Shown here one piece after another: positions 20,762 through 30,403 of a stretch of DNA of 64,000 nucleotides (position 1 is the stretch's first letter; each line of letters starts with the position of its first letter). The notes beneath the pieces are model-generated. The model saw only the letters and a list, made by a program, of their open reading frames with translations, ran no database searches and was not told the origin of the DNA. Source of the DNA: an uncultured Elusimicrobium sp. (GTDB lineage: Bacteria; Elusimicrobiota; Elusimicrobia; Elusimicrobiales; Elusimicrobiaceae); NCBI GenBank assembly GCA_937891135.1, contig CALAFB010000082.1, positions 83,818 to 147,817 on the forward strand, written 5' to 3'. A program made the translations under genes and the position numbers.

Positions 20762-21316
20762 CTACAAAAACGCGTATTCTTTCCAAAAATTCGTCAAAAC
20801 TTCGTCTAAAAATAATTCTTTGCTGGTATCACTACCGGAAATAGTTTTTAGACTGGTAGCCGTTGTACGCAGCCCCGCGGGTAAGCGGTTGTTGAGGTAA
20901 ATCCCGGCTCCCAGCAGCCAGCTGCCGTTTTCCGTTTGCTCCGCTAAAATGCCGGCAAATTTTTTCCAGGTGCGGGCCGATTTGTCATACAAGCACATAT
21001 CCCCGTTACTCATGATTTTGGTTTTTAAACCAAATACAGCGAAGATAACATCCGAAATAGCATTACTTAGGGCAGCTGTTAATTTTTTAGCGTTTAACGC
21101 AAAAGAAGGGTGCAAAATGAGCGTGAAATAAACCCCGCCTTCCCCGGCGTAAAAAGAACAGCCGTTATTGCCCAAGGCAGCAGTTTGGCGGCAAGCCAAA
21201 ATAAGCGTGCTATCCGCTTCGGTAGCGGCCAGCGTGCGGGCCAGCGTTTGGGTGCTGGCAATTTCTTCTAAAAAGATTACTTTTTGTACAGCTTTAAATG
21301 TAACTATTTTTTCCAT
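20762..21316 (-). CDS. Biotin-protein ligase catalytic-domain protein (BirA-like, short and divergent)
   Basis: IASTQ, QTA..G, GGVYFTLIL, KFAGIL, LLGAGIYLN; the GRGR and KWPND motifs are degenerate. Confidence 0.65.
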   Translation of the reverse strand: MEKIVTFKAVQKVIFLEEIASTQTLARTLAATEADSTLILACRQTAALGNNGCSFYAGEGGVYFTLILHPSFALNAKKLTAALSNAISDVIFAVFGLKTKIMSNGDMCLYDKSARTWKKFAGILAEQTENGSWLLGAGIYLNNRLPAGLRTTATSLKTISGSDTSKELFLDEVLTNFWKEYAFL

Positions 21317-21329
21317 ACGTTATATTTTA

Positions 21330-23318
21330 CTATTTTAATTTCATTTGTTTAAGTTCAAATAAACGGTCGCGCAGTTCGGCTGCCAGTTCAAAGTTAAGTG
21401 CCTCGGCAGCCTCGCGCATTTGTTGTTCCAAGTCCTTTTCTAAATGTTTGATATTTTTGACGGTAGGAGTTGGCAGCGTTTCGCTTAAAATACCAAACGC
21501 ACTGGTTTGGGTTTTGCGTTCAAATTCTTTTAAATCCGTCTCCGTTTTTTGGATCGTTTTAGGCGTGATGTGATGCTCTTTGTTGTAGGCTTCCTGGATT
21601 TCCCGGCGGCGGTTCATTTCATTTAAGGCGTACTTAATAGAATCTGTTTGACGGTCTGCATACAAAATCACTTCCCCGCCCACATTACGTGCGGCGCGGC
21701 CGGAAATTTGGATTAGCGTAGTGGTGTTACGCAAGAAGCCTTCGTTATCGGCTCCCAAAATGGCTACGAGCCCTACTTGCGGAATGTCTATTCCTTCACG
21801 TAACAGGTTAATACCGACGAGTACATCAAACTCTCCCGCTTTAAACTGACGTAAAATTTCCACGCGCGCTAACGAATCAATATCACTATGTAAATAGCGC
21901 GTTTTAATCTTTTTCTGTAAGAAAAATTCGCTTAAATCTTCGGCTGTTTTTTTAGTGAGTGCTAATACTAGCGTTCGTTCTGCGCGTTTTTTATGCTCGT
22001 AAATTTTTTGGACCAAATGGTCAATTTGCCCTTCGGTGGAGTGTACAATCACTTTGGGGTCTACGAGCCCGGTCGGGCGGATGACCTGCTCTACAATGTG
22101 GTTGCCGCTGACGGTTAGTTCATACGGGCCCGGCGTGGCAGACACAAAAATAGAGGAGGGCATGAGTGTTTCAAATTCGTCAAATTTTAAGGGGCGGTTG
22201 TCTAAGGCCGACGGCAGGCGGAACCCGAAATCTACCAGCATTTGCTTGCGGGCACGGTCCCCGTTAAACATACCGCGTACTTGCGGCAAGGCCACGTGGG
22301 ATTCATCTACAAATAATAAAAAATCATCAAATCGTTTGAAATAGTCTAGTAAACACGCCGGGCGTTGCCCGGGGGCCCGCCCGTCCATATAGCGTGAATA
22401 GTTTTCAATACCGCTACAAAAACCGGCTTGGCGGATCATTTCCAGGTCATATTCGGTACGTTGTTTAAGACGGTAGGCTTCCATGTCTTTGCCTTGGGCC
22501 ATTAACTCCGCGTGGCGTATTTCTAAATCTTTTTCAATTTGCGTGAGTGCGTGCTGGGTGTCTTCATCGGTAGCCACAAAATGTTTGGCCGGGTAAATCC
22601 AGGCTTCGTCTAGCTCGGCTAGTATGTTGCCGGTGATTGGGTGGATTTCATAAATATGCGCAATTGTTTTGCCGGTAATTTCCACACGAATGGCGTTTTG
22701 TGAATACGGCGTCATTACATCGGTAAACGGGCCGCGCATGCGGAACTTGCCGGAAGAAAATTCTAACTCGTCACGCTGGTATTGAATTTTAATCAAATGT
22801 CCGGAAAGTTGCCCGCGGGTCATTTCGGCCCCTTTCTTTACGTAAATACGCATTTCATGGAAACTATCCGGCGAACCTATATTGTAAATACACGATACCG
22901 ACGCAACCACCACAACATCCTTGCGGGTAAGTAGGGAAGTGGTGGCTTTTAGACGTAATTTATCAATTTGTTCGTTAACGGCAGAATCCTTTTCAATATA
23001 GGTATCGGTTTGCGGGATGTAGGCTTCGGGTTGGTAATAATCGTAATACGAAATAAAATACTCTACGGCGTTATGCGGGAAAAACTGTTTAAACTCGCCA
23101 TATAACTGGGCAGCTAATACTTTGTTAGGTGATAAAATAAGCGTGGGCCGGTTTAAACGTGTGATCACATTGGCCATGGTAAATGTTTTGCCCGAGCCCG
23201 TTACCCCCAGTAAGGTTTGGCGGGTATGCCCGGCTTGTACGCCCTTTACCAGCGCGTCAATGGCCTTGGGTTGATCCCCTGCCGGTGTAAAGTTAGAAAC
23301 AAGTTGAAACTTTGCCAT
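21330..23318 (-). CDS. uvrB: Excinuclease ABC subunit B
   Basis: GDQPKAI, LLGVTGSGKT, YYDYYQPEAY, DESH, GINLLREG, C-terminal UVR domain. Confidence 0.97.
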   Translation of the reverse strand: MAKFQLVSNFTPAGDQPKAIDALVKGVQAGHTRQTLLGVTGSGKTFTMANVITRLNRPTLILSPNKVLAAQLYGEFKQFFPHNAVEYFISYYDYYQPEAYIPQTDTYIEKDSAVNEQIDKLRLKATTSLLTRKDVVVVASVSCIYNIGSPDSFHEMRIYVKKGAEMTRGQLSGHLIKIQYQRDELEFSSGKFRMRGPFTDVMTPYSQNAIRVEITGKTIAHIYEIHPITGNILAELDEAWIYPAKHFVATDEDTQHALTQIEKDLEIRHAELMAQGKDMEAYRLKQRTEYDLEMIRQAGFCSGIENYSRYMDGRAPGQRPACLLDYFKRFDDFLLFVDESHVALPQVRGMFNGDRARKQMLVDFGFRLPSALDNRPLKFDEFETLMPSSIFVSATPGPYELTVSGNHIVEQVIRPTGLVDPKVIVHSTEGQIDHLVQKIYEHKKRAERTLVLALTKKTAEDLSEFFLQKKIKTRYLHSDIDSLARVEILRQFKAGEFDVLVGINLLREGIDIPQVGLVAILGADNEGFLRNTTTLIQISGRAARNVGGEVILYADRQTDSIKYALNEMNRRREIQEAYNKEHHITPKTIQKTETDLKEFERKTQTSAFGILSETLPTPTVKNIKHLEKDLEQQMREAAEALNFELAAELRDRLFELKQMKLK

Positions 23319-23396
23319 AAAAATATTGTACTTAATTCCGAAACGCCATACAGGGGGAACCTTCGCATTTATGCTATAATATTTTTACAATTTTAT

Positions 23397-23614
23397 CTGT
23401 TTTTGGAAGCCGTAGAAGATACGGTGCGCTGTAGGAGAAAACTTACAGCACGCGACGCCAAGAACATCCGGTATTAGGCGCAATGTGAACGGACTAATTA
23501 CCCGTTTGTGTTGTGCCGAGCGTTTTCCATTTATGTGGAACTCCACGGCTGTTATATTGGGTTAGCGTCGCGTTGGCCTTGTGTAAGTAGCCGTATTTAT
23601 ATTCCTTAAACAGA
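23397..23614 (+). ncRNA. Conserved structured leader RNA, copy E
   Basis: TGcTATAAT 23372-23380; ctgtttttggaa; P1 ACGCGACGC 23450-23458 / GCGTCGCGT 23565-23573; caagaacatccg; GGCGCAA/TTGTGCC; terminator ending tagccgtattt. Confidence 0.85.
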
Positions 23615-23643
23615 GAATTGAAAACAAACTAAGGAGTATAAAA

Positions 23644-24174
23644 ATGAAAAATAAAAATACCCGGCAGGGTAATATGCAAAGTTGTTTCCCCAAAGGTTTT
23701 ACGCTAATAGAACTTTTGGTAGTTGTACTGATTATTGGTATTTTGGCAGCGGTAGCGTTGCCGCAATACCAAAAAGCGGTTAGAAAAGCGCAACTTATGC
23801 AAAGCGTGGTTTTGGTTGAAAATATCATGCAAGCTATTGACCGTTATATACTAGAAAATGGGTTCCAAGATGTTGTATTTTTTGATGTAAGTGGGAAAAA
23901 CGGTTCAGTAACAGATACTCACTTGCTAGATATAGAGGTGCCCACAGCAGAACTGAAAGCAAAGGATTTGTATGGATTTGCAAGATGCGATTTGGCCAAT
24001 GAATACGGAGACCCCACAGAATGTTACTTGAGTTTTCCAGATTATGCAGACCTCGTTCCTATTAAATGTGCGTCTGACGGAAAATGGCATAAAATCTGCC
24101 AAAATGATGAAAAACTTTGTAATGCTATTGGTTGGACATATCAAGCAAGTTATGAAGACCCTTGTGCCAGTTAG
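23644..24174 (+). CDS. Type IV pilin (PilE-like)
   Basis: [42 protein letters not shown]; Cys-rich C-terminus. Confidence 0.92.
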   Translation: MKNKNTRQGNMQSCFPKGFTLIELLVVVLIIGILAAVALPQYQKAVRKAQLMQSVVLVENIMQAIDRYILENGFQDVVFFDVSGKNGSVTDTHLLDIEVPTAELKAKDLYGFARCDLANEYGDPTECYLSFPDYADLVPIKCASDGKWHKICQNDEKLCNAIGWTYQASYEDPCAS

Positions 24175-24205
24175 TGTATCTTTTACTTAACCTAAATCAG
24201 ACGCT

Positions 24206-24240
24206 CATATAACCCGCTCTTTAAAAGAGCGGGTTATATG
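24206..24240. terminator. Bidirectional terminator between pilin and dnaE
   Basis: catataacccgctct-tttaaa-agagcgggttatatg. Confidence 0.65.
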
Positions 24241-24257
24241 AAAGGGATACGTGTGTA

Positions 24258-27200
24258 TTAACGGAAACTCCACGCGTTGCCCATGGTGTTTTCTATGTAT
24301 TCTAGGAGCCCTTTGTGTAAGTAAATGCGCTTGCTGGTTTTAATGCGGTGAATTTTTTGGGGATTCTCTTTAGAAGGTACTTCTAAATACACTACCGTGG
24401 TGCCTTTGGTTTGGTCCAAATAGTGTTTCAGTTTTTCCAGGCCAAATTTAGGGTATCCGGCCGGGATACGAATTGTAAATTCATTGGCGGCGGAGGCAAT
24501 CAGTTCGGTTACGTCGCTTACGTCTTTTAAATTCAGTTCTACGCGGGCGCTTTCATCATCCACCTTAATATCCCCCATAAAGTTTAAGATAGCATTGGGG
24601 GCCAATTTGTCTGCCAGTTCAGCGTATACTTTGGCAAAACAGTTGACGGATAAAGACCCGGTACAATCCTCAATCACAAACTGGCACCATTCTTTTTTCT
24701 CTTTATTTTGACGTTTTTTAAATAATGTAATAATCCCTAGTACATTTAAACGCCCGCTGGCTTTTCCGTCTAGAATATCAATAATGGGCGTACATTTAAG
24801 ATGCGCCAGGTTGGCCTGGTATTTGGCGATGGGGTGCCCGCTAAAAAACAACCCTAATACTTCTTTTTCGTTAAACAATAATTCTTTTTGCGTAAGCGGA
24901 CGCACTTTAACAGGTTCCGGTTTTTTGACGCTTAGCACGGTGGAAAAGTCATCCCCAAATAAATTGCCCACGTTATTTTCTTTTTCTTTGGCAATTAAGT
25001 GCGCTACGTCTACCGCATTATCAATGTTGGCTAAAATGTGTGCCCGGCTTTCTTTGGGGTCTTTGCCGGGAAATAAACTATCTAACGCGCCGGCTTTAGC
25101 TAAACTTTCAATCGTTTTTTTATTGGCTTGGAATAAATCAATGCGCGCGCATAAATCATCTAAAGACGTATACGGCCCGTCTTTTTCACGCTCTTTAACA
25201 ATAGAAATGCACCCTTCCGTGCCCGCATTTTTAATGGCTTCCAGCGCATAGCGGATGTATTCTTTGCCGTCCTTTTGCTCTACGGAAAATTCCGGCTGAG
25301 ACGCATTTACATCCGGCGGCAACGTCTCAAACCCCATTTTACGGGCTTCTTCCAAATATGTAACAATTTTATTTTCTTTGTCTTCGGCCCCAATGGCGTT
25401 GTGCCCAATTTCGTTAGTTAAGGCAGAGCACATAAACTCAATCGGATAATTGGCTTTAAGATACGCTGTTTGATACGTTACCAAGGCATACGCATAGGAG
25501 TGGGATTTATTAAACCCATACCCGGCAAACGCTTTCATTTGTTCATAAATATGCGTGGCGATTTTTTCGGAAATTTTATTTTTAGCACACCCTTCCACAA
25601 ATTTTTTACCAAACTTTTCCATGACGTCCAGTTTCTTTTTCCCCATGGCTTTGCGTAGTGTATCGGCCTCGCCGGGGGTAAACCCACCTAAAAGTTTGGA
25701 AATCTGCATGATTTGCTCTTGGTACACCATACAACCGTATGTATCTTTTAATACTTCTTCCAAAAGCGGCGTTTCATACGTAATTTTTTCCTGCCCGTTT
25801 TTGCGCCGCACGAACATATCCATCATGCCCGATTCCATCGGCCCCGGGCGGTACAACGCTACAAGCGCGGACAAATCACTAAATTCACTAGGTTGGATTT
25901 TTTTAATTAAATCACGCATGCCGCCGCTTTCTAACTGGAAAATTCCCAGCGTTTTACATGCGGAAAGCATATCATACGTCTTTTTGTCATCTAGCGGGAT
26001 TTGGTTAATGTCAAAATCCGGGTTGTGGCGGGCACGAACCATTTTTTCGGCGTTATCAATAACGGTTAAGGTACGTAACCCCAAAAAGTCCATTTTAAGG
26101 AGCCCTAAGTTAGAGCACGGCTCCCCTTCAAATTGCGTAGTAATAGATTCTTTGGCCCCGCGGGCTAAAGGAACATATTCGCTGACCGGGTCGCGCGTAA
26201 TGAGTACGCCGGCCGCGTGAATCCCCGTGTGGCGTTTGAGTCCTTCCAACTTACGGGCCATATCGTACAATTTTTTGGCTTGCGGGTTGGTATCAATGGC
26301 GTTTTTAAGTTCGTTAATTTCAAGGGCTTTTTCCAACGTCATTTTGGGGTCATTGGGAATCATTTTGGTTAAACGGTTGGCTTCGGCAAGCGGCACTTCC
26401 ATGGCGCGGGCCACGTCTTTAAGTACCAGTTTGGCCTTCATCGTTCCAAACGTAATAATTTGCGACACCCGGTCTGCCCCGTATTTACCGCGCACGTAAT
26501 CAATTACGCGTTCGCGCCCGGCGTCAGACATATCAATATCCAAATCCGGCATGCTGACACGGTCCGGGTTTAAAAAGCGTTCAAATAAGAGTTTATTGAC
26601 AATCGGGTCAATGCGTGTAATATCCAAACTATACGCCACTAAGGACCCGGCCCCGGACCCGCGCCCCGGCCCTATTGGGATTCCGTTGGCACGTGCCCAG
26701 TTAATAAAATCACTCACAATTAAAAAGTAGCAGTCAAAGCCCATGGTAATAATGACGTTGAACTCGTACTCTAATTGTTTCCAATAATGCTCCGGCACGT
26801 TGCCGTGCATTTTCTGAACTAGGCCCTTGCGGCATAAATCTTTAAAATACTCGGCCGAGTTGGGAAACTCCGGCGGGATATCAAACTTCGGTAAAATAAA
26901 ACCGTGTTTGGGGAATTGTAAATCACACTTTTCGGCAACCGCTAATGTGTTGCTACAAGCTTCGGGCGTGTGGGAAAATAAGCCGCACATTTCATCCGGC
27001 GATTTAAAATACAACTCGTGGGACATTTGCATGCGGTGCGGGTCATTTAAGGTTTTTCCCGTAGCAATACACACGTGAATATCGTGGGCTTCCCAATCTT
27101 CTTTTTTTTCGTAGTGGCAATCATTGGTGGCAACCAGCGGAATCCCTGTCCGTTTGGCTACGTCTTTAAGTAAGGGAATGGATTCTATTTCTTCGCGGAT

Positions 27201-27749
27201 GCCGTGGTCCATGAGTTCTATATAATAGTTCCCTTTGCCAAAAATGTCTTCGTATTGTTTAGCAAACGCGCAGGCTTTGTCAAACCCGTTTACGCTGCGT
27301 ACATATTGGGACAAGAGCCCTTTTAAACAGCCGGATAAACATAACAGCCCACCGGAATGTTTGGCAAGTAGTTCCGTATCAATACGCGGGTGATAATAAA
27401 ACCCGTTTACCCACGCAAGAGAATTTAATTTGACTAAATTTTGATATCCTTCGTGGTTGCGGGCTAGCAAGGTAAGGTGCCCGGTAAGGGATTTATCTTT
27501 GACGTTATATTTCCCTTCCGTAACGTAAAACTCGCACCCCACGAGCGGTTTTAATCCTGCTGCCGTAGCAGATTCATAAAAATCCAACGCGCCGTACATA
27601 TTTCCGTGGTCCGTAAGGCCCATCGCTTTAATACCTTGTGCGGCTAACCCTTGCAAGAATTTGGACGGTTTGTGGTTTTCGGAAATGCGGAGCATACCGT
27701 CCAATAACGAATAGTCGCTATGGTTGTGGAGTTGTACAAATTCTGCCAT
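24258..27749 (-). CDS. dnaE: DNA polymerase III alpha subunit
   Basis: PHP domain LHNHSDYSLLDG, GPGRGSGAGS, PDLDID, KMDFLGL, FAGYGFNKSH. Confidence 0.97.
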   Translation of the reverse strand: MAEFVQLHNHSDYSLLDGMLRISENHKPSKFLQGLAAQGIKAMGLTDHGNMYGALDFYESATAAGLKPLVGCEFYVTEGKYNVKDKSLTGHLTLLARNHEGYQNLVKLNSLAWVNGFYYHPRIDTELLAKHSGGLLCLSGCLKGLLSQYVRSVNGFDKACAFAKQYEDIFGKGNYYIELMDHGIREEIESIPLLKDVAKRTGIPLVATNDCHYEKKEDWEAHDIHVCIATGKTLNDPHRMQMSHELYFKSPDEMCGLFSHTPEACSNTLAVAEKCDLQFPKHGFILPKFDIPPEFPNSAEYFKDLCRKGLVQKMHGNVPEHYWKQLEYEFNVIITMGFDCYFLIVSDFINWARANGIPIGPGRGSGAGSLVAYSLDITRIDPIVNKLLFERFLNPDRVSMPDLDIDMSDAGRERVIDYVRGKYGADRVSQIITFGTMKAKLVLKDVARAMEVPLAEANRLTKMIPNDPKMTLEKALEINELKNAIDTNPQAKKLYDMARKLEGLKRHTGIHAAGVLITRDPVSEYVPLARGAKESITTQFEGEPCSNLGLLKMDFLGLRTLTVIDNAEKMVRARHNPDFDINQIPLDDKKTYDMLSACKTLGIFQLESGGMRDLIKKIQPSEFSDLSALVALYRPGPMESGMMDMFVRRKNGQEKITYETPLLEEVLKDTYGCMVYQEQIMQISKLLGGFTPGEADTLRKAMGKKKLDVMEKFGKKFVEGCAKNKISEKIATHIYEQMKAFAGYGFNKSHSYAYALVTYQTAYLKANYPIEFMCSALTNEIGHNAIGAEDKENKIVTYLEEARKMGFETLPPDVNASQPEFSVEQKDGKEYIRYALEAIKNAGTEGCISIVKEREKDGPYTSLDDLCARIDLFQANKKTIESLAKAGALDSLFPGKDPKESRAHILANIDNAVDVAHLIAKEKENNVGNLFGDDFSTVLSVKKPEPVKVRPLTQKELLFNEKEVLGLFFSGHPIAKYQANLAHLKCTPIIDILDGKASGRLNVLGIITLFKKRQNKEKKEWCQFVIEDCTGSLSVNCFAKVYAELADKLAPNAILNFMGDIKVDDESARVELNLKDVSDVTELIASAANEFTIRIPAGYPKFGLEKLKHYLDQTKGTTVVYLEVPSKENPQKIHRIKTSKRIYLHKGLLEYIENTMGNAWSFR

Positions 27750-27773
27750 AAGAAAGTCCAAATTTTATAAGAT

Positions 27774-28316
27774 GTGCTTATGAAACATTATAGTAAATTA
27801 AAAGAAACAAAAATTGCCAGCAAAACGTTATTTAAGGGCATTGTCGGCGTAAAATTTGATACTGTAAAACTTATTAACGGCCATACCGCCACACGCCTAT
27901 ATTTAGACCATAAAGGGGCTAGTGCCGTATTGCCTGTAGAAGGGGAATATATCTATTTAGTACAACAATACCGCTATCCGGTGGGTAGAGTAACGTGGGA
28001 AATCCCGGCCGGCAAGCGTGAAAAAGACCAAACATTCGCGCAATGTGCCCGGGCCGAGTTAAAACAAGAAACCGGGATGACGGCGCGCAGCCTCAAAAAG
28101 GTGCTGATGTTTCATCCGTCCAATGCGTTTTCCAGCGAAGAACTGCACCTATATGTAGCCACAGGGCTCAAGCGCGGAAAGGACAGCCCGGATGAGGACG
28201 AATTTATCAACTTAAAAAAATTTCCCCTTTCCCATGCATACCGCATGCTTGAAAAAGGGGAAATTAACGACGCCAAAACCATTATTATGCTGCAATGGTG
28301 GAAGTTGCACAAATAA
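27774..28316 (+). CDS. Nudix hydrolase (ADP-ribose pyrophosphatase-like)
   Basis: QYRYP, EIPAG..ARAELKQETG Nudix box, DEDEFI, DAKT. Confidence 0.85.
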   Translation: MLMKHYSKLKETKIASKTLFKGIVGVKFDTVKLINGHTATRLYLDHKGASAVLPVEGEYIYLVQQYRYPVGRVTWEIPAGKREKDQTFAQCARAELKQETGMTARSLKKVLMFHPSNAFSSEELHLYVATGLKRGKDSPDEDEFINLKKFPLSHAYRMLEKGEINDAKTIIMLQWWKLHK

Positions 28317-28352
28317 CCAATTGTTTTTATGAAGGTTTGTAGTTTTTGAGCA

Positions 28353-29114
28353 TTATTTAGAACATAATTCACTCCAGACATTGTCTCCAACTCGATTAGG
28401 ATAACCCAGTTTAGCGCATCTGTCGCAAGAATAAAACTGGGAGCAAAAGAATCCACTAACCGGCATTCTTGTTTCCGACATGGTGTGATCTGGATTATAT
28501 GTTCGCTTTTCAATTACGCTAGACGGAGCATAGTAATACACAAACATTTTGGTGCCAGAATTAGTAGTAGCAGATACATCGGCTGAAGATATTCTATACT
28601 CACAAGATGTATCATTATTGCCAAATATTCCAGGAATTAGTTTGCAGGCGGGTATTTCTATGTCTAATTCATCAAGACTACAAGTTCCATCATGTTGTAG
28701 TTTACAAGCAGCCGCTGCAGTACCAATGGCTTTCATTGTAGTTTCATATTCCGCTACACGTGCCTTTATTACAGCTTTATTATATTGTGGTAATGCCACA
28801 GCTGCTAAAATACCGATGATTAGTACGACTACCAACAGTTCTATGAGCGTAAAACCGCCAAGATTCCCCCTCATCCCGGTGCTAACGCACGCGGCCTTCT
28901 CCCTCATGGGGAAGGATTCCCTCTCCCTAGAGGGAGAGGATGTCCGTAGGACAGGTGAGGGGGAATTGAATGAGGTCATCCTGAAAAGTTTCTGTTCAGG
29001 ATCTTCTCCTTGTGATTTACAAGCGGATGAGATGCTGAGCAACAACTTTTCAGCATGACGATTAGGTGTACTTGTTTGTTGCGTTTCACCCCGCCGGGTA
29101 TTTGTATTTTTCAT
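28353..29114 (-). CDS. Type IV pilin with ~87 aa leader peptide built from palindromic repeats
   Basis: MKNTNTRRGETQ...[11 protein letters not shown]; internal inverted repeats at 28975-29059 and 28893-28963. Confidence 0.9.
   Translation of the reverse strand: MKNTNTRRGETQQTSTPNRHAEKLLLSISSACKSQGEDPEQKLFRMTSFNSPSPVLRTSSPSRERESFPMREKAACVSTGMRGNLGGFTLIELLVVVLIIGILAAVALPQYNKAVIKARVAEYETTMKAIGTAAAACKLQHDGTCSLDELDIEIPACKLIPGIFGNNDTSCEYRISSADVSATTNSGTKMFVYYYAPSSVIEKRTYNPDHTMSETRMPVSGFFCSQFYSCDRCAKLGYPNRVGDNVWSELCSK
28975..29059. repeat. In-frame palindromic element (GTCATCCTGAA...TTCAGCATGAC family)
   Basis: gtcatcctgaaaagtt..aacttttcagcatgac; related copies at ~50-125 and ~36606-36686. Confidence 0.8.
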
Positions 29115-29150
29115 GTGTTATTTCCTTATTTTAAGTTGCCGAGCCCAAAC

Positions 29151-29357
29151 AAAAACGGCTACTTTGCGTGAGCTAATGCAAGTAACCCAATACAAAATAA
29201 CCGTGGACTGTCATTTCTTCAAATGGCAAACACTCAGCACAAAACAAACGGGTAATTAGTCCGTTTAAGTTGTGCCTTATACAGTTATTTTTGGACTTGC
29301 ATTATGCCTGTATCACTACAAGCTCTTTGTGCCCCGTAGGCACAATTCCAAAAACAG
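29151..29357 (-). ncRNA. Conserved structured leader RNA, copy F
   Basis: P1 TAATGCAAGT(29304-29295)/ACTTGCATTA(29183-29174); AATAACTGT/ACGGTTATT; GGCACAA/TTGTGCT; terminator acggttattttgt/gcaaagtagccgt+TTTT. Confidence 0.85.
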
Positions 29358-29488
29358 AATGGAAATTTTTAATTACTACTTTCCCATTCTACATAATTTC
29401 TTTCTTGTTTGGGATATTTCATACAACTTGTAAAATGCTACAATACGTATCATTGCAATAATTCCCGCAAGTTTGGGGTTATAGGGAT

Positions 29489-30349
29489 ATGAAGAAACTA
29501 ATTTTAGCCGGATTGTTGTTGTTCCCCTGGGGAACGGTTGTGCGCGCACAGGACGTGGCAACGGTTGCTGTGCTGTCTTATTCGGCGGATCAACTAGCCG
29601 CCAAATTTGAAGGAAAAAATCGTAAGGATATCGTAAAAGATATTTCTACTGTGCCTACGTATGAACGTACATTCACGTCGGCAGACGGTACGGAATATGA
29701 AGTGGTGCGGTATGGCAAAATGAGTGATGAATACCGCGTATTTTTGTTTCAATTTAAATGGCCGCAACCGCTGGTAGCCGTAGCGGATAATGCCAAAGGC
29801 GTGCTGGCTTTAAACGAAAAATACCAGTTAGACATTCCGCTTTCCCAGCAAGACCTTACCCGCCGTATGCGTAACCCGGTTATTACAACGGTTACGGATG
29901 TAGCAAATAACACGGAATATCAGGCCTACCAAAACGGGCGTGAGTTTTATTTGTTCCAAAACGGGATGCTCGTGCAGGAATTTGATAACGCGCAGGACTT
30001 TTCGGCCTTTATGTCTGCCATAACGGCTTCTAATTCGGCGTATGCAGCCCAGCAGGCTCAAGAACAAACTGCGTTAGAACAAGCCCGGTTAAACCAACAA
30101 ACTGCCTATAATAATGCCCATACCCGTACGTATTATTACGGACCGTCTTTGGGGACGGTTGTTGTAGGAGGAGTATTGTTGGATTCTATATATCACCACC
30201 GTCATCACCGTCCGCCACACCATGTTTCCCCGCCGCCACACCGCAATCCTCCGTCGCGCCGCCCGGGTTTAACACCCCTTAGGCCTAGCGGACCCCCGCG
30301 CGGTACGCCGCTCATCCGGGATGTAGATGGTAAATTTATGCGGCACTAA
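29489..30349 (+). CDS. Secreted hypothetical protein with His/Pro-rich tail, paralog of 14687..15658
   Basis: Signal peptide ending VRA; core GTEYEVV..YRVFLF..QPLVAVADN..YQL. Confidence 0.7.
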   Translation: MKKLILAGLLLFPWGTVVRAQDVATVAVLSYSADQLAAKFEGKNRKDIVKDISTVPTYERTFTSADGTEYEVVRYGKMSDEYRVFLFQFKWPQPLVAVADNAKGVLALNEKYQLDIPLSQQDLTRRMRNPVITTVTDVANNTEYQAYQNGREFYLFQNGMLVQEFDNAQDFSAFMSAITASNSAYAAQQAQEQTALEQARLNQQTAYNNAHTRTYYYGPSLGTVVVGGVLLDSIYHHRHHRPPHHVSPPPHRNPPSRRPGLTPLRPSGPPRGTPLIRDVDGKFMRH

Positions 30350-30353
30350 TTCA

Positions 30354-30389
30354 AAAAATACGCGTTCTAAAATAAGAACGCGTATTTTT
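30354..30389 (+). terminator. Intrinsic terminator
   Basis: aaaaatacgcgttct..agaacgcgtattttt. Confidence 0.65.
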
Positions 30390-30403
30390 GCTATACTAAT
30401 ACT

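Noticed and set aside
23397..23614. Leader as c-di-GMP-I (GEMM) riboswitch, T-box or tRNA
   Set aside because: I could not find GGCAAA..GAAA..GACGCAAAGC, the T-box AAGGTGGCACC-type motif, or TTC/CCA tRNA features. An Rfam scan was not run.
29151..29357. Leader as integron attC site
   Set aside because: It lies 5' of genes, has no consistent RYYYAAC/GTTRRRY ends, is not in a tandem cassette array, and there is no intI.
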